A stretch of 63,002 nt of DNA, counting the filler, from Globobulimina sp. (lineage: Eukaryota), in NCBI GenBank assembly GCA_003354225.1. It is 37 parts of 37 records of this genome, joined end to end, with 100 filler letters (N's around TTAATTAATTAA, not from the genome) between each part and the next. Parts side by side here need not be neighbours in the genome. Positions count along the whole stretch, not along the records: positions 1 to 1,607 come from PIVH01014187.1; positions 1,708 to 3,314 come from PIVH01014188.1; positions 3,415 to 5,021 come from PIVH01014189.1; positions 5,122 to 6,727 come from PIVH01014190.1; positions 6,828 to 8,433 come from PIVH01014191.1; positions 8,534 to 10,139 come from PIVH01014192.1; positions 10,240 to 11,845 come from PIVH01014193.1; positions 11,946 to 13,551 come from PIVH01014194.1; 29 more parts are not named here. One strand, written 5' to 3'. The notes beneath the pieces were generated by a model, which was given only the letters and a program-made list of their open reading frames with translations, had not been told where the DNA came from and ran no database searches. Shown piece after piece: positions 1-12,822 of this stretch. Both the position numbers and the translations under genes were made by a program. Positions within the stretch are counted from its first letter, which is position 1; every line of letters begins with the position of its first letter.

Positions 1-21
1 CATTATTTGTTATTTATTTAG

Positions 22-575
22 GTGATTATCACAACGATTTTATTAACCCGGAAGCGGGACCTTTTGGGGACCAAATGAAATTTGTGGAAAATGACTTAAA
101 ATCGGCATATAATGACGCAAATATTAAATGGATCATTGTGAATGGACACCGACCGTATTATACGTCGGCACATTCATATCCGGTGCATTTGGATTGGCCG
201 CCGCAGACACCCTATTTTTTGAGAGCGGCCTTTGAGGAATTATTTTATAAATACAATGTGGATTTGTATATAAGTGGACATATACATTCATATGAAAGGA
301 TGTATCCAATTTATAGAGAAGCGATTACAACGAAGGATTTTATGCATCCATTGTCGACCATTTATTTGGTGGCTGGAATGGCTGGGAGTGTGGAGGGACA
401 TTCCTCGAGCGTAGCGTTGAAAAATTATACTGTTGTTTATAATAATCGGCAATTTGGTGTAACCAAACTTACTGTGGCTAATGATACACATTTATTGTGG
501 CAGTTTATTGAAGCTGAGAATAAATCGGTCGTTGATCAGGTATGGATTGGCAAAGGATATTGGACGCCTAAATAA
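22..575 (+). CDS. Purple acid phosphatase / calcineurin-like metallophosphoesterase, C-terminal exon
   Basis: WIIVNGHRPYY, VDLYISGHIHSYER, YLVAGMAG motifs. Exon follows the tttag acceptor at 21. Confidence 0.9.
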
Positions 576-729
576 TGATTACTTGATTAGTTTTTTTGCT
601 TTTTTGCATGTAAATTAATTTTTAGTTGACGTTGTACATAGCAACAATGCTTAATATGTGGATTATGACATCCGCACCAATATATAAACCAAATTGCATT
701 GATTCACTCTCTGCCGTCTGGCATATATC

Positions 730-805
730 CACTGCAGACACAACTATTGAGCTAATTTATTGCGGTGAAAAGTCGAACTCCGACTCAATAGTTGTGACTG
801 CAGTG
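730..805. mobile_element. MITE family A, copy 1 (CACTG...CAGTG termini, 22-bp TIR)
   Basis: cactgcagacacaactattgag ... ctcaatagttgtgactgcagtg (1 mismatch). Homologous copy at 18113-18221. Confidence 0.75.
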
Positions 806-915
806 ATTGTTGAAATCCGAAACGTGGCTTTGAATCTTCTTACAAACGGCACACAAAATTTCATCAAAAATAAGCAAATTACAATTATTAATTAGTATGT
901 ATCACTGTGACTGTT

Positions 916-1452
916 TCATGGATCGTTGACTGTTTGATTCTGATTAGTTTTGATATCATAAATAGTTTGAACATATTCCAAAATGACAGTATCCAACCAA
1001 AATCCACCAAATACATTTAAAAATGCAGAATGTGATCCAAATTTTGTCTCAACAAGAATGGCATTGGGACATGCTTTTTTTTCTGTAAATAACCATTTCC
1101 ATTCATCCAACGAGGCTGCGGTACAAATTGGGTCATCTCTAGAATTTATAATTAACGCCGGCGTTTGCGCATATTCACCGGTCTCCGTTGGATTGGTTTC
1201 CAGTAAAAATTCATTATACGATTTATAACCACTCAGAGCTCCAGAATATGTCTCAAAAAATTCCACCATACAGCTAGACTCGTTACATTTTGTAATCGCG
1301 TCTTTATTTTTCGCCATCAAAACTTTACTGTGGTTGCGAACAAATGTCTGTTTCAACAGAGACAAAATTAATTGTTGACTGAACCAACTTTGATTCGAAA
1401 ATATTTCTCCAATGTCATATCCAGGGCTTATTAGCACTGCGCATAGCATCAA
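916..1452 (-). CDS. Alpha/beta hydrolase (ABHD1-3/YheT-like), C-terminal part
   Basis: TPALIINSRDDPIC (catalytic Asp) and TKFGSHSAFL (catalytic His). Confidence 0.75.
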   Translation of the reverse strand: MMLCAVLISPGYDIGEIFSNQSWFSQQLILSLLKQTFVRNHSKVLMAKNKDAITKCNESSCMVEFFETYSGALSGYKSYNEFLLETNPTETGEYAQTPALIINSRDDPICTAASLDEWKWLFTEKKACPNAILVETKFGSHSAFLNVFGGFWLDTVILEYVQTIYDIKTNQNQTVNDP

Positions 1453-1607
1453 ATCATGGATTCTCTCCGCATCTCGATAGTCCTTCAGGTTAATACCACA
1501 AATAAATAATGCAATTTATATGTTACAGAAGGAGTACCTTAATAATAAGCTGCGACGTAGAGCGGTCGTGTTGCAATTTACATTGTGTACTAACACACAA
1601 CGCCAAG

Positions 1608-1707
1608 NNNNNNNNNNNNNNNNNNNNNNNNNNNNNNNNNNNNNNNNNNNNTTAATTAATTAANNNNNNNNNNNNNNNNNNNNNNNNNNNNNNNNNNNNN
1701 NNNNNNN
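1608..1707. other. Artificial contig linker N44-TTAATTAATTAA-N44 (first of 36; repeats about every 1.7 kb up to 61299-61398)
   Basis: Identical 100-nt spacer with stops in all six frames. The flanked segments shrink from 1607 to 1604 bp, as expected for length-sorted contigs. Confidence 0.99.
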
Positions 1708-1716
1708 ATTCCAAAA

Positions 1717-3060
1717 ATGAGCGTTTATCAAACAATATTTACAATTGTCAATGTATACGTTAATAACACAATGTTGTTTAATTCATATGCATTAAAAAGA
1801 GGTGGTTTATTTTCAGTGATTGTATTTGCAGCTATTTGTGTTTGGTTATGTTATTCTGGTAAATTAATGATAAATTTATTTGCAAAGCTACCACCGTCAT
1901 ACCGTAGCTTTACAGGCATTGCGTTATATTGTTGGGGATATTTTGCTTGTTTTATGATTGGAATCTGTATCGTTTTAGAAAATATGGGTCGATCCATTAT
2001 CTGTTTAATAACTATGTGGGATAATATACGCTATTTAATTAGATTTGATATATGGAATTATTCACAGGATAAAGAATATGATTTAAAAATAGATATCGCA
2101 ATGATAAGCAGTATTTTATTGTTAGTGCCAGCGGTTTGGATGATATATTTTAGTGATTTACTGTTTGACAGCATATTAGGATTTATATCAACTTCGCTAT
2201 TATCAGTCATTGTTGTTATTAATTTTATATTAAAATTGACGATGAATGATCAGGAGGACAATAACAATCAGATCGATATTAATTATTTTCCAGAGGATAT
2301 GTATGGTTTGGTGTTGTGTATTGGTATATTTATATCGAACTTAGCAGGACACGCCTGTTTACCAACAATATATTCACAAATGAAAGATCAAACAAAGTAC
2401 CCTTTTGCATTGAACTGTTCGTGGATTATTGTATTTATTATACAAATGGTTACTGGCATTGCGGGATATTGTACGTATGGCAACAGCACAACAAAAACAT
2501 TGATAACATTAAGGTATGCATCAACTAAATAATGTTTGTACATATATTCAGAAACACGATCGCGAAAAATATAAAATGGCGATGTTTCTATTTCTGAATG
2601 TTATGTACACTGAGAAATAATAGTTGTATGTTGTTATGTTATATGTTTAAGTATAATGGAGAGCTCATCATCCAGTGATTTGAATATATATTTATCGACT
2701 ATATTGGTGGTGTGTGTTATAATTAATTTATTTGTTCATGTCCCTATTGTTGTTGCAATTACATCTGAATTGCCGGAAAATACGTTGTTAATAACACATC
2801 CTTTAATCCGTAGGGCATTTCGAGCCATTTTGTTTGTTGTAATTGTGTATACAGCATGGTTATTATCGGAGAATATTGCATTGTTATCTGCCATTATGGG
2901 ATCTATATTAACTATGACTATATCTATGTTATGTCCATTGTTGATGAAAAGAGAGATATATCTCTATTATAAGCAACATAATAATATTATCATATTTATT
3001 ATTATTGTCTTATTTGCATCTTTCAGTAGTTTTATGCTTTATGTTTTGTTTAATGGATAA
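1717..3060 (+). CDS. Amino acid transporter (Aa_trans/AVT1-like), intron 2514-2651
   Basis: Multiple TM helices; SVYQTIFTIVNVYV, LAGHACLPTIYSQMKD, AGYCTYG. A GT-AG intron joins the two ORFs in frame. Confidence 0.85.
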
Positions 3061-3689
3061 ATAGTGATTAACCGTGATTTTTGTTATTTAGTTTTTGTGA
3101 TCGCTTTGTGTTTGGTTATTTTTATTAATTTAAATTTTTAAATTGTCTGTTTTCCTTTTCTATCGATTGCCGAGGTCAAAATTATAGTAAAAATTAACTT
3201 AAGAGGGTACAAGACCCTGGAACCCTTGGGAAAAACACTCTGCGACTGCGAGTGCAAAGATAAAAATAAAAAACTGAAAGTAAGTACTAACTCAAAAACT
3301 TCAAAATTGAATGGNNNNNNNNNNNNNNNNNNNNNNNNNNNNNNNNNNNNNNNNNNNNTTAATTAATTAANNNNNNNNNNNNNNNNNNNNNNNNNNNNNN
3401 NNNNNNNNNNNNNNTTGTTTGTACCATTCATCCAAATCGCTGCTATCTGCACTACACCACGTTTCATTAAGACTCCATAAGTCATCAGGGAAGGGATGAG
3501 CCGTTTACTCCATACATTAAGATCTACCGTAATACCAAAGAGACCTTAACTTCACAAACATCTGATGTTAATTAAACTGATTGAAATTTTTTGCAAAGCG
3601 AATGTTTGACCTTGCAAGAATGTTTTAGTTAGGCCCGTTTTCAAAATATTAAATCCATTTCTACTGTTTTGGTTGTGCTGTTTTTCAAC

Positions 3690-5021
3690 ATGCAAGAGAT
3701 AATGGAAGAGGTTGATTTGGATCAATTTGTGAGTCAACCAGTACCAGAAGACCCAGAAAAACTAAGGTTATCACTAATATTTAGTAAAGATTTAATAACA
3801 ACCTTGCAGCAGGATATTGCAGATCTACATCACAGACTACATATAGCCGACTCAGAGTATGACGGCACAAATGATATTGATGTAGAAGATGATATTGCCG
3901 CTGGGGTGCATGTGACCAATGCAACCTTAACGCGCATGGATGGGGATTTTAATGATAGTCATGAAATTGATAATGCAATGGATGATAATCTGTATGATGA
4001 TACTAATGCATATGCCCAAAATAAAAAGCAGAGTGTAAATTTATATGAGATGGAAGAGCAGGAAGACGAAGATGGAGATGATATGGATTATAAAGCGGAT
4101 GAAGCACTGAATAAGAAACAATCTCAGCATGAGAAGTTTTTTTCAACCTACAACATATTATCAAAACAAGTAAATACGCAAGAACAGCTAATAAAATCTA
4201 TGGGGAGCTATCAAGCCTTATTGCATTTATCTGATAATGCCATAACATTTAATAATATTGTCAGTGGCTTGCAAATACAATTAAAAACTGCAAAAGATTC
4301 ATTCAATATGGTACGCGATACATTGGATGTGTATGATGACGATGATGATGATATTGATAGTGATGCCGAGGGCGATGAGGATGACGATGACGAGGACCTA
4401 CAAGACTTAGAGAAGAATTTATTCATTACCAATGCCAAAGAAATATTGAAAGAATCGACCAAAATCGTACAGACCATTGATTATAGCATTGATGAATTGA
4501 ATGGTGCAAAGCACTTAATCCACCCCGACCAAAAGAAGATATTCTCACTGCAATCACGTATAAAAGAGTTAGAAGTGGCTTTGCCATTGCATAAAATCAA
4601 AAAATTAGCTATTTTGAATGAGTTACCTGCCTTTATTAAACACGAATTATCTGACGCAAAGGTGCGTGCTTTTACTGCTTTAATGCTTTTCACGCAAAAT
4701 CGCATCAATTATACAATATATAAAATATAAATATGTAGATTCAGAAACAAGCAGATGAAGCACGCGAATTGCAGAGATTGCGTGAATTGCGCGGACATAA
4801 AAAAAAAGCAACAAAAACTTTAGTAGATGATGACATCGGCGGTTTTGAAGAGAAGAAAGGAAAAGAGATTGAAAAGGAAGAGGATTTAAATGTGTCTAGA
4901 ATAGATTCATTTAATTCAAGCATGGATGGGGTGTCCACTTGTTTAGAAACGCTACAAAGCCGATTATATAACATTGGCGATACCATTGAAGGGATGGAGC
5001 AGGATTTGGACACAATGGATG
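3690..5021 (+). CDS. Acidic coiled-coil protein of unknown function, intron 4662-4738, 3' truncated
   Basis: Long D/E-rich ORF. aag|gtgcgt...atgtag|att joins it to the next ORF in frame. Confidence 0.7.
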
Positions 5022-5121
5022 NNNNNNNNNNNNNNNNNNNNNNNNNNNNNNNNNNNNNNNNNNNNTTAATTAATTAANNNNNNNNNNNNNNNNNNNNNNN
5101 NNNNNNNNNNNNNNNNNNNNN

Positions 5122-6727
5122 TTGTATTGGCAGTTGATATAAAAGAAGTAATTGCAAATATCAAGAATTTTGAAGATGTTATTAAAGAATATTCGATTTT
5201 TGAGGAAAATATTGAGGAGCAATTGTTTGCAATGGTGGTTGCCGAAAATCATATTGGGGTTGCCGAAATCATTGAAATTTTTATATGAGCAATTTTGTGT
5301 AAAGATTGAGAGAAATCATGAAAATTTTAAAGAATGGAGCAATTTGTTGCAGTTGTTTTTGGATATTATTTATTGGCGAAGGAAAATGAGAGTGAATTTG
5401 TATATTAATAAAAATACAGAAAAATTCAAAAAATTGGCAAAAGATGAAATTTTATCATTGGTCCAATCAGCAGAAACATCGTTAAATGGGGTTCGCGATA
5501 AAATGAAATTATGCAAAAGAAAATGTAATAAGTGTTTCTTTCTATGTTTGTTATGCAATAATCACGAAGATATCAAAGAAGATGAAGAGAAAGGAATTTT
5601 ATGGGATAAAACCCATTCGTGTTATCAAGAAAATCATAAATGTAAATTGTTATGTACTTATTGTATGAAAAACGATGGCATTCAAACCGAATGTGATTAC
5701 AATGCAGGTCATAGCAGTGAACATAACTGCGGCGTCAAGGATCATAGTATGTGCTTCTCTCAATGTATAATTGTGTATAAATATAATATATATAGCATGC
5801 GGTAAGACCTGTTCATCGAGTAAATATGGTGGATGTCAAGAAAAATGCAATTTAGAGTCTGGTCATGATAAAGAGGATGAGGAGAAAGCTGAGCATAGAT
5901 GCAATGCTGAGACGCATTATTGTAAGGTGGAATGCAGAGTGCCAGTTTGCCACAATCCGTGCAAAATGGCTTATAACGCCAAAGATCATCAGCATATTTG
6001 CATAAACTCATTGTGTCCGTATAAATGTCAAGTTAAGCGTATAATTTCCATTATTATTTATTATTTATTATTTTGCATATTTTGTGTGATGATTCAGGTC
6101 AAATGTTGGAGTGAAACACAAAGGAAAATAATTCCGTGCGGCAGAGATTGTTCGTGTGGTTCGCATGACCATCATTTAAACGTTACACCAGAAACAAATA
6201 TGGATGAATTGCATATTTGTGATCAAGAACATCGTTAAGTTTCATGATCAATGTTAATTCTTAAAATTTAATATTCATAAATATTATCCTTTTCTACAGC
6301 CTGCGGTTCTGAATGTAACGAACCTGGCAATTGTGCGGTGCAAATAACGCAAAAATTCACAACAAAAACATTAAGAATTGGGAATAACAAAGAGATTAAA
6401 TATCAGGCCCACGCCGAGGCTAACGCTAAAAAGAAAAGATGCTGTAAAACAATACAAATTGGCAAATTTAGACATGGTGGCGTTGAACATAGATGTTATT
6501 CGGATGAACAAAAAGATAAAACAGTTACACATATCTGATGAACTGCTGTCTATATGTCTTGTTATAAACAAATATATAATATTTAGCATACCTGTACTGA
6601 AACATGTGATTCCTGCGGTTATTATTGCAGCAGACCGCATGGACATTGGTCAACGTCGTCGTTGCATAATTGTCAACATGGCAATATGCGACATGCCATA
6701 TTTTATGCGCAAGATAAGAATGATGTG
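5122..6727 (+). CDS. Large protein fragment with Cys/His-rich Zn-binding repeats (HxC...CxxxC); introns 5747-5795, 6032-6097, 6234-6299, 6524-6586
   Basis: Four GT-AG introns restore one open frame (KDHTCGKTC, CPYKCQVKCW, EHPCGSEC, KTHTCTETCDSCGYYC). Confidence 0.75.
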
Positions 6728-7022
6728 NNNNNNNNNNNNNNNNNNNNNNNNNNNNNNNNNNNNNNNNNNNNTTAATTAATTAANNNNNNNNNNNNNNNNN
6801 NNNNNNNNNNNNNNNNNNNNNNNNNNNTGTAATATGATTTGCGAAGCAATTAATATATTTACTTCAGGTTTTTGTTGTTACTTTTTTTTGCATTGTTTAC
6901 AGATAATAATTGCGTGCACCTTTGCGAGAATTCGAGATTGTAACTTGTGCCTTTTCACAGTGTTATTTATTGTATCTGCACAGGATCGGCTTTATTTTTT
7001 TGTGACTATGCTAACTACACAG

Positions 7023-7777
7023 GATACGGCTTTATTACCTTCAGTACCTCGGTAGAAGCGGCTGCCGCGTGTCGCCACGGCCAATTGGAAGTGGATTCGC
7101 GCCGCACCCAAATCTCGTTGGCCACTCCATTGCGGAACAAGTCATTCGGAGATCGGGACCGTGAGCGTGGCGGCGATCGCCGTAGCAATACAGACACGGA
7201 CTATCGACATAGGAACCGGCGGTCGCGGAGTAGGTCGCGTTCGCGAGACCGAGACAAGAGGAGACACAGTGGGACGTATATGCACAAGCGAGGGGATAAT
7301 AAGCGGAGAGGAGAGAGGAATAACAGTCGATTTAATCGGAGTGAGCGACGTGGCGATCGACGTAGTAGTAACCGAGGACGGTTTGGTGCCAATCATAGGC
7401 ACAAAAGCAGTCGAGGTCTGGGCCGAGGCGGTGGATATGGACAGGGCGGGGTTGGTAGAGGAGGATATATGGCGCACGATACACGGCATAATGTGGCCAA
7501 TGTAAACGTAGCGCCTCCGACGCCAATGGTGTATGGTGGATTTAATTATGGATATGATACGTCGGCCTATGCTGCGGCATATAATCCGGCGGGTTATAAC
7601 CCGGCGAGTTACAATGTCGGTGTGGGTGCTGCGGCAAATACGAATGTGGCTGCTACGGTTAATGCGGCCGCGGCGAATGTGAATGTCGCAGGGAGTGGGA
7701 TGGTCCAACCGCAGTATAATGGCAATTTATATGCGCAGCAATATGCGGGTTATAATCCATATTTTGCAGGGAAATAG
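7023..7777 (+). CDS. RRM RNA-binding protein with RS/RG-rich and Y/A/N-rich tail, last exon
   Basis: RNP1-like GYGFITF, RSRSRSRSRDRD, GRGG repeats; ctaac branch site and cag acceptor at 7022. Confidence 0.8.
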
Positions 7778-8533
7778 AAGCTAGAAACAGAGTGTAATAG
7801 TATTTAAAAGTGTTGATTGGTTGATTGTTTTTAAATTGTTTTTAAATTTCGTATTTTACAAAATCGTTCTAAATAAGCATTTATTTAATATATTCCGCAT
7901 TCGTGGTAAAAAGTATCATTTATGTGCAGTATAGCTTTTTTGCGATAACTTTTGCGAATCTGGTTTGTATCAAAGAAGCCAGAACATGTAAAATATTTCC
8001 TTTTATATTTTTTTTAATTAATTTATAGAGCAAATCATTATGCGTTTGAAAAGTCCGTAAAAACAACGTAGTGAAGCTTTCTTATAGAACCTGAATAACG
8101 TTTGAAACAGGAATACGTTAGAAACTGTATACATTATCCTCGCACACACGGAAGATTATCCTGCATGATATAGACAGTAGGATCTATCTGTCAAAATAAT
8201 AGCAATTCAGTGATTACTAAATTTTCGACCATATGAAACATGTCAATAAAATCAAATAATATATGAGATAATGTTCATTTGCATGCAACAAAAAAAAGAA
8301 ATTAAATAGTTTGCCTTACGAACAATAGAAATATATACTGTCACAATTAACGATATCATTGTTCCTCAATTAGCCAATATTCTGGGTTTGCTTCGAAGCC
8401 ACAAAAACTTGAAATAAGATTAGCGAGATCTGTNNNNNNNNNNNNNNNNNNNNNNNNNNNNNNNNNNNNNNNNNNNNTTAATTAATTAANNNNNNNNNNN
8501 NNNNNNNNNNNNNNNNNNNNNNNNNNNNNNNNN

Positions 8534-10139
8534 GACAATCAAAACAAAATCCCGCATGAAACCGAGAATGAATTTTGGTATAGAATTGTTGAAGAAGGAT
8601 TTGCTATTTTTTGGGAACGATTTATGACAAAATTTGCAAACTTATCTGCAACTAAAATTGATTTAAGTGGTATTAAGATTGGTAATGCCGGATTGCATGC
8701 GGTTTGTGACTCTATTGAAGAATGTCAACATTTAACACATTTAATATTGAGGAGCAGTTTATCGTCAGATCGATGGTCAGATACCGAATATAAATGGCCA
8801 TTGAAATATTTATGCGATACATTATTGATAAATAATACATTGGAATATTTAGATTTAAGTAATTGTTGTATTGATGCAATTAAATTTGAGCCGATTGGTT
8901 ATCTCATTGAGAACTGTGTATGTTTGAATACATTAAATTTAAATGGTAATAATATTGGACAGCATATTTATAACAATACCTGTCCAGCCATAAAGGTATT
9001 GACATCATGTATATTAAAGTCTCATTCATTGGTAGCATTATATATAAATCATAATGAAATTGATGGTTTAGGCGCATATTTGATTGGTGAATGTTTACAA
9101 AATACGCAATGTACATTACAAGATGTTGATATTTCAAACAATCCGTTGGGAACAAATGGGAATGGATTTGTGCAGATTGCAAAAGCAATTCGAATTAACG
9201 AATGCTTAAAAACATTAAATATATCATATTGTATTCGGAATTATGATTATTCAGAATGTATGGAACCGGTTTTACATTCAGTAAAAGAAAATAAATATTT
9301 AACAAATCTGAATATTTCCGGGAATATTCTTTCTGAAAATGCAATGAAATATTTGTCATTAGCAATTCAAATTAATTCCAATATTCAATGTCTTAAAATG
9401 AAAGATATTGTGATTGATAATGAAGCATTTAATTCAGTATTAACTGCCATATCAAATAAAGAATATAGTTTTGTTGAGTTCAGTGTAGATATTCAGTCTG
9501 CAAATAATATGGAAATAGTACTAAACTCATTATCCAATCATTCAAATCTGAAATATTTATGTTTATCCAATATAAAACAAGAAAAATCAGATCCGTCGGA
9601 ATTAGATATTCAACAAACATTTTGTGGATTAGTTGTCTTTGATTTAAGCAAAACATGTCTATCATCAGAATGCATTCGTTCAATTATTGCAGTGTTGTAT
9701 GAAAATAATGAATGTTTAACAAGTTTAAATTTAGAATCATCAGAATTAGATGAAAATTGTTGGAATTCGTTAATAGAATTATGTAATAAATTGCCATTAA
9801 AACAATTAAATATTTCTAAATGTTCAGTAAATAATTGTGATATTTTAAAAGAGTTTTTTCAGTCAAAAGCAGTGATGGAGAGTTTAATTGATTTAAATAT
9901 GAGCAATATGGTATGGAACAACAATGAGCCTCTTATGATGTTTGAGATATTATTCCATGAATCACAATCTGTTGCAAATGACAGAGAATTTTGTTTAAAT
10001 TTAGCTGGTATATCACTTCATGAACATAATATTATGAATAACAAAGATTGTATGTGTCATTTATTTAATGTTTTATCACAAATTGGTGTACAAACATTGG
10101 TTTTGGATAATTTTATAATTGTAAACAATGAAATTAATA
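8534..10139 (+). CDS. RNI-like leucine-rich repeat protein (NLRC3/RanGAP-like), partial
   Basis: Repeated LxxLDLSxNxI(G) units, e.g. NNTLEYLDLSNCCI, TLQDVDISNNPLG. Confidence 0.88.
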
Positions 10140-10589
10140 NNNNNNNNNNNNNNNNNNNNNNNNNNNNNNNNNNNNNNNNNNNNTTAATTAATTAANNNNN
10201 NNNNNNNNNNNNNNNNNNNNNNNNNNNNNNNNNNNNNNNTCACCTTTTCCAAACACTTTTTATTTGCGCATTTTTGTGACAGTTTATGATGTAATGGACA
10301 ATTTATTCGTTAATTCACTTTCTTTGATTGCTTCAAATATCATTTTAAATTGAGAATAATCATAAGAATTCGGCAACAATTTGCTATTAATTTCAGTTTT
10401 ATTCCAATTCGTTAATTTTGCCTTTTTCCTCACTGGAATTCGATTAATTGAGTCTGTTTCATCGCGTTTTCTTTTTTTATGACTCGAAATCATTGTTATT
10501 AGTAAGTGTCAATGTTTGTTGCCGTTGACGCGAAAGGATTGATGTTGAGCTAGATTTTGCCAATTTTGCGTATTACTTTTTAAAACATC

Positions 10590-10726
10590 GAGCCTACGCA
10601 AGTTATAGTTGCATATGTTTCCTAAATAGTTGCATATGTTTCCTAATTATAGTTGCCTAAATAGTCACCATTTTCCGTTTTTGTCACTAAATAGTCACAT
10701 AGTGACTAATTAACTTGTGTAGGCTC
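10590..10726. mobile_element. MITE family B, copy 1 (GAGCC...GGCTC, 16-bp TIR, internal AAATAGTTGC/AAATAGTCAC subrepeats)
   Basis: gagcctacgcaagtta ... taacttgtgtaggctc. Homologous inverted copy at 44352-44451. Confidence 0.8.
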
Positions 10727-10945
10727 GAAAAACAAGCCATCTTAAGTGGATTTAAAGTTATCTCAATTTAAAGTGGATATATTGTATATGTATACTGTAT
10801 ACAAATAAATAAAGTAAGAAAGAAATTACAAACACACAGATTCAAAAGTAAAAGTATAAAAAAATAATAAAAAAAATTAAGAAAAACAAGTTAATAACAC
10901 AATACAAATTAATTAATAAATTAAAATAAATGCTATAATTAATTG

Positions 10946-11845
10946 TCATACCACACAAGAAGGCCATAACTGAGGCTTGTCAGTAAATGCATGTTTGATA
11001 AAATCTGACACTACAAATGCTGAATTATTATGAGACTGCAATACAATACAAATCCATTCCGGTAAATTCCATTCAAAAATAAAATAATCTTTCCATGTAT
11101 ATCTCAATCCGAACTGTAGAGTTTCAATATCGTCATAATAGAAAAGTGTCTTTGCGCTCGAATTAGTGTCATGTGGATCTTTTTGTTTTGTGTGCGTTGC
11201 GTTTGGAAACCATTTGTTTTTGATTGTGTACCAATATGGAAACAACTTATCATACATTAATATTGATTTTGTGATATAATCCCACGTATTCGCGTCATGC
11301 ATACTCATCATATGCCATTCCTTATAATTATTGATAAAATGCTTCAAATCAGCAAACAAATAAAAATTTCGAAAATGGAGATCTATTTTCAGTTTTATTG
11401 TATCATTGTATTCATCGTAGTCATTTAATAGCCATTTAACAAATGCTTGCAATGTATTATTTTCTTTTTTTACACTCAATAAATAGTTTTTGCAATGGAT
11501 ATGCGAGTTTAATTTTGGTTTGAATGGATGTTGGGATTCAGTACATTTCTCTAAATATCCACTTAGTAATCTCGTCAATGGATCTCTATAAACAAATATT
11601 TTTTTGTATGATGGATCACAATAATATGTTGCAACAAAATTCCTGCACTTATCACTGAAATTATTATGTGTTTGCATACTTTGGTTATTGTTGTAGTTAT
11701 AATTTAATACCGGAGATATTACATTTGTGTATTTGGCTGGAATTCTTTTTTGCAAATTGTGTAACATTGTCCATTTGAAAAAAGTTGAACCTGATTTTGC
11801 CGCAATCAAAACGATTAAATGTGACGACTCAAACACATGACCATC
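10946..11845 (-). CDS. Sulfotransferase family 2 (carbohydrate sulfotransferase-like), 5' truncated
   Basis: 5'-PSB AKSGSTFFK, 3'-PB FVYRDPLTRLLSGYLEK, DLHF. Confidence 0.85.
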   Translation of the reverse strand, partial: DGHVFESSHLIVLIAAKSGSTFFKWTMLHNLQKRIPAKYTNVISPVLNYNYNNNQSMQTHNNFSDKCRNFVATYYCDPSYKKIFVYRDPLTRLLSGYLEKCTESQHPFKPKLNSHIHCKNYLLSVKKENNTLQAFVKWLLNDYDEYNDTIKLKIDLHFRNFYLFADLKHFINNYKEWHMMSMHDANTWDYITKSILMYDKLFPYWYTIKNKWFPNATHTKQKDPHDTNSSAKTLFYYDDIETLQFGLRYTWKDYFIFEWNLPEWICIVLQSHNNSAFVVSDFIKHAFTDKPQLWPSCVV

Positions 11846-11945
11846 NNNNNNNNNNNNNNNNNNNNNNNNNNNNNNNNNNNNNNNNNNNNTTAATTAATTA
11901 ANNNNNNNNNNNNNNNNNNNNNNNNNNNNNNNNNNNNNNNNNNNN

Positions 11946-12503
11946 TTGATTCTGGAGAGTTAGTGAATAGAAATTTAAAGGAATTTACAAGCTCTTCAGA
12001 ATTTGATAAGTTACAAAATGAAACAAGGAAATACATTTTTGAGGTATATATATATGACATTTCATGGTTAAAATAGTCAGATTTAATTATATTTATATTT
12101 AAACAGTGTGCAATGGAAAGGATTTTTTAATGGTTTGTTTGAAAATAAATCGTATGCAATTTCGATGTATCGTAAGCACAATGAACGAATAATGAAAGTT
12201 ATTCCGCAGAAAGATTTATTAGTTATAAATATTAATAATGATCAAGATAATAAGCACGGATATAAAACAATTATGCATTTTTTGAATATTAAAGATAAGG
12301 ATTTAACACAAAAATATCAACAAAAAGCATTACCACATTTAAATAAAAGACAAAGACTTAAAAATTTAGTAGTTGTACATCAACAAAAAGCAGATAGATT
12401 TAATGCAATTTGTGCAACATTGGCATTGTTAACTGTTTCTATTTTGGGCTATGTTGGATACAATACATTTTATCAAAGTATTAATAAAACAAAAAGTAAA
12501 TGA
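11946..12503 (+). CDS. Sulfotransferase-4/P-loop-like protein, C-terminal part with TM anchor; intron 12044-12106
   Basis: YRKHNERIMKVIPQKDLLVINI...GYKTIMHFL...LPHLN pattern. Confidence 0.7.
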
Positions 12504-12822
12504 AGCATTTCATTTATTATTAAGTTGTAGCAACAATTAAATTTATTAATTTATTATTTCTAAAATTTTTAATTCCTAAAAGTTTTAATCCATCCTCGCA
12601 CTCAACACCTTAACCATGCACAGCTAGCACTGGTTAAATATTATAAAACTGATTGTTTTGTGAAAAATGAGAATCTAAGCTAATAATTGAATTACCACTA
12701 AACATACAATTATCAAATATAAAAAAAATAATATACGAAAAAGATTAAAAAAAAAATAAAAATAATTTTAAATACAACACAAAAAAGTAAAATTAAATGA
12801 AAAAATAATTCAAAATAACTCA

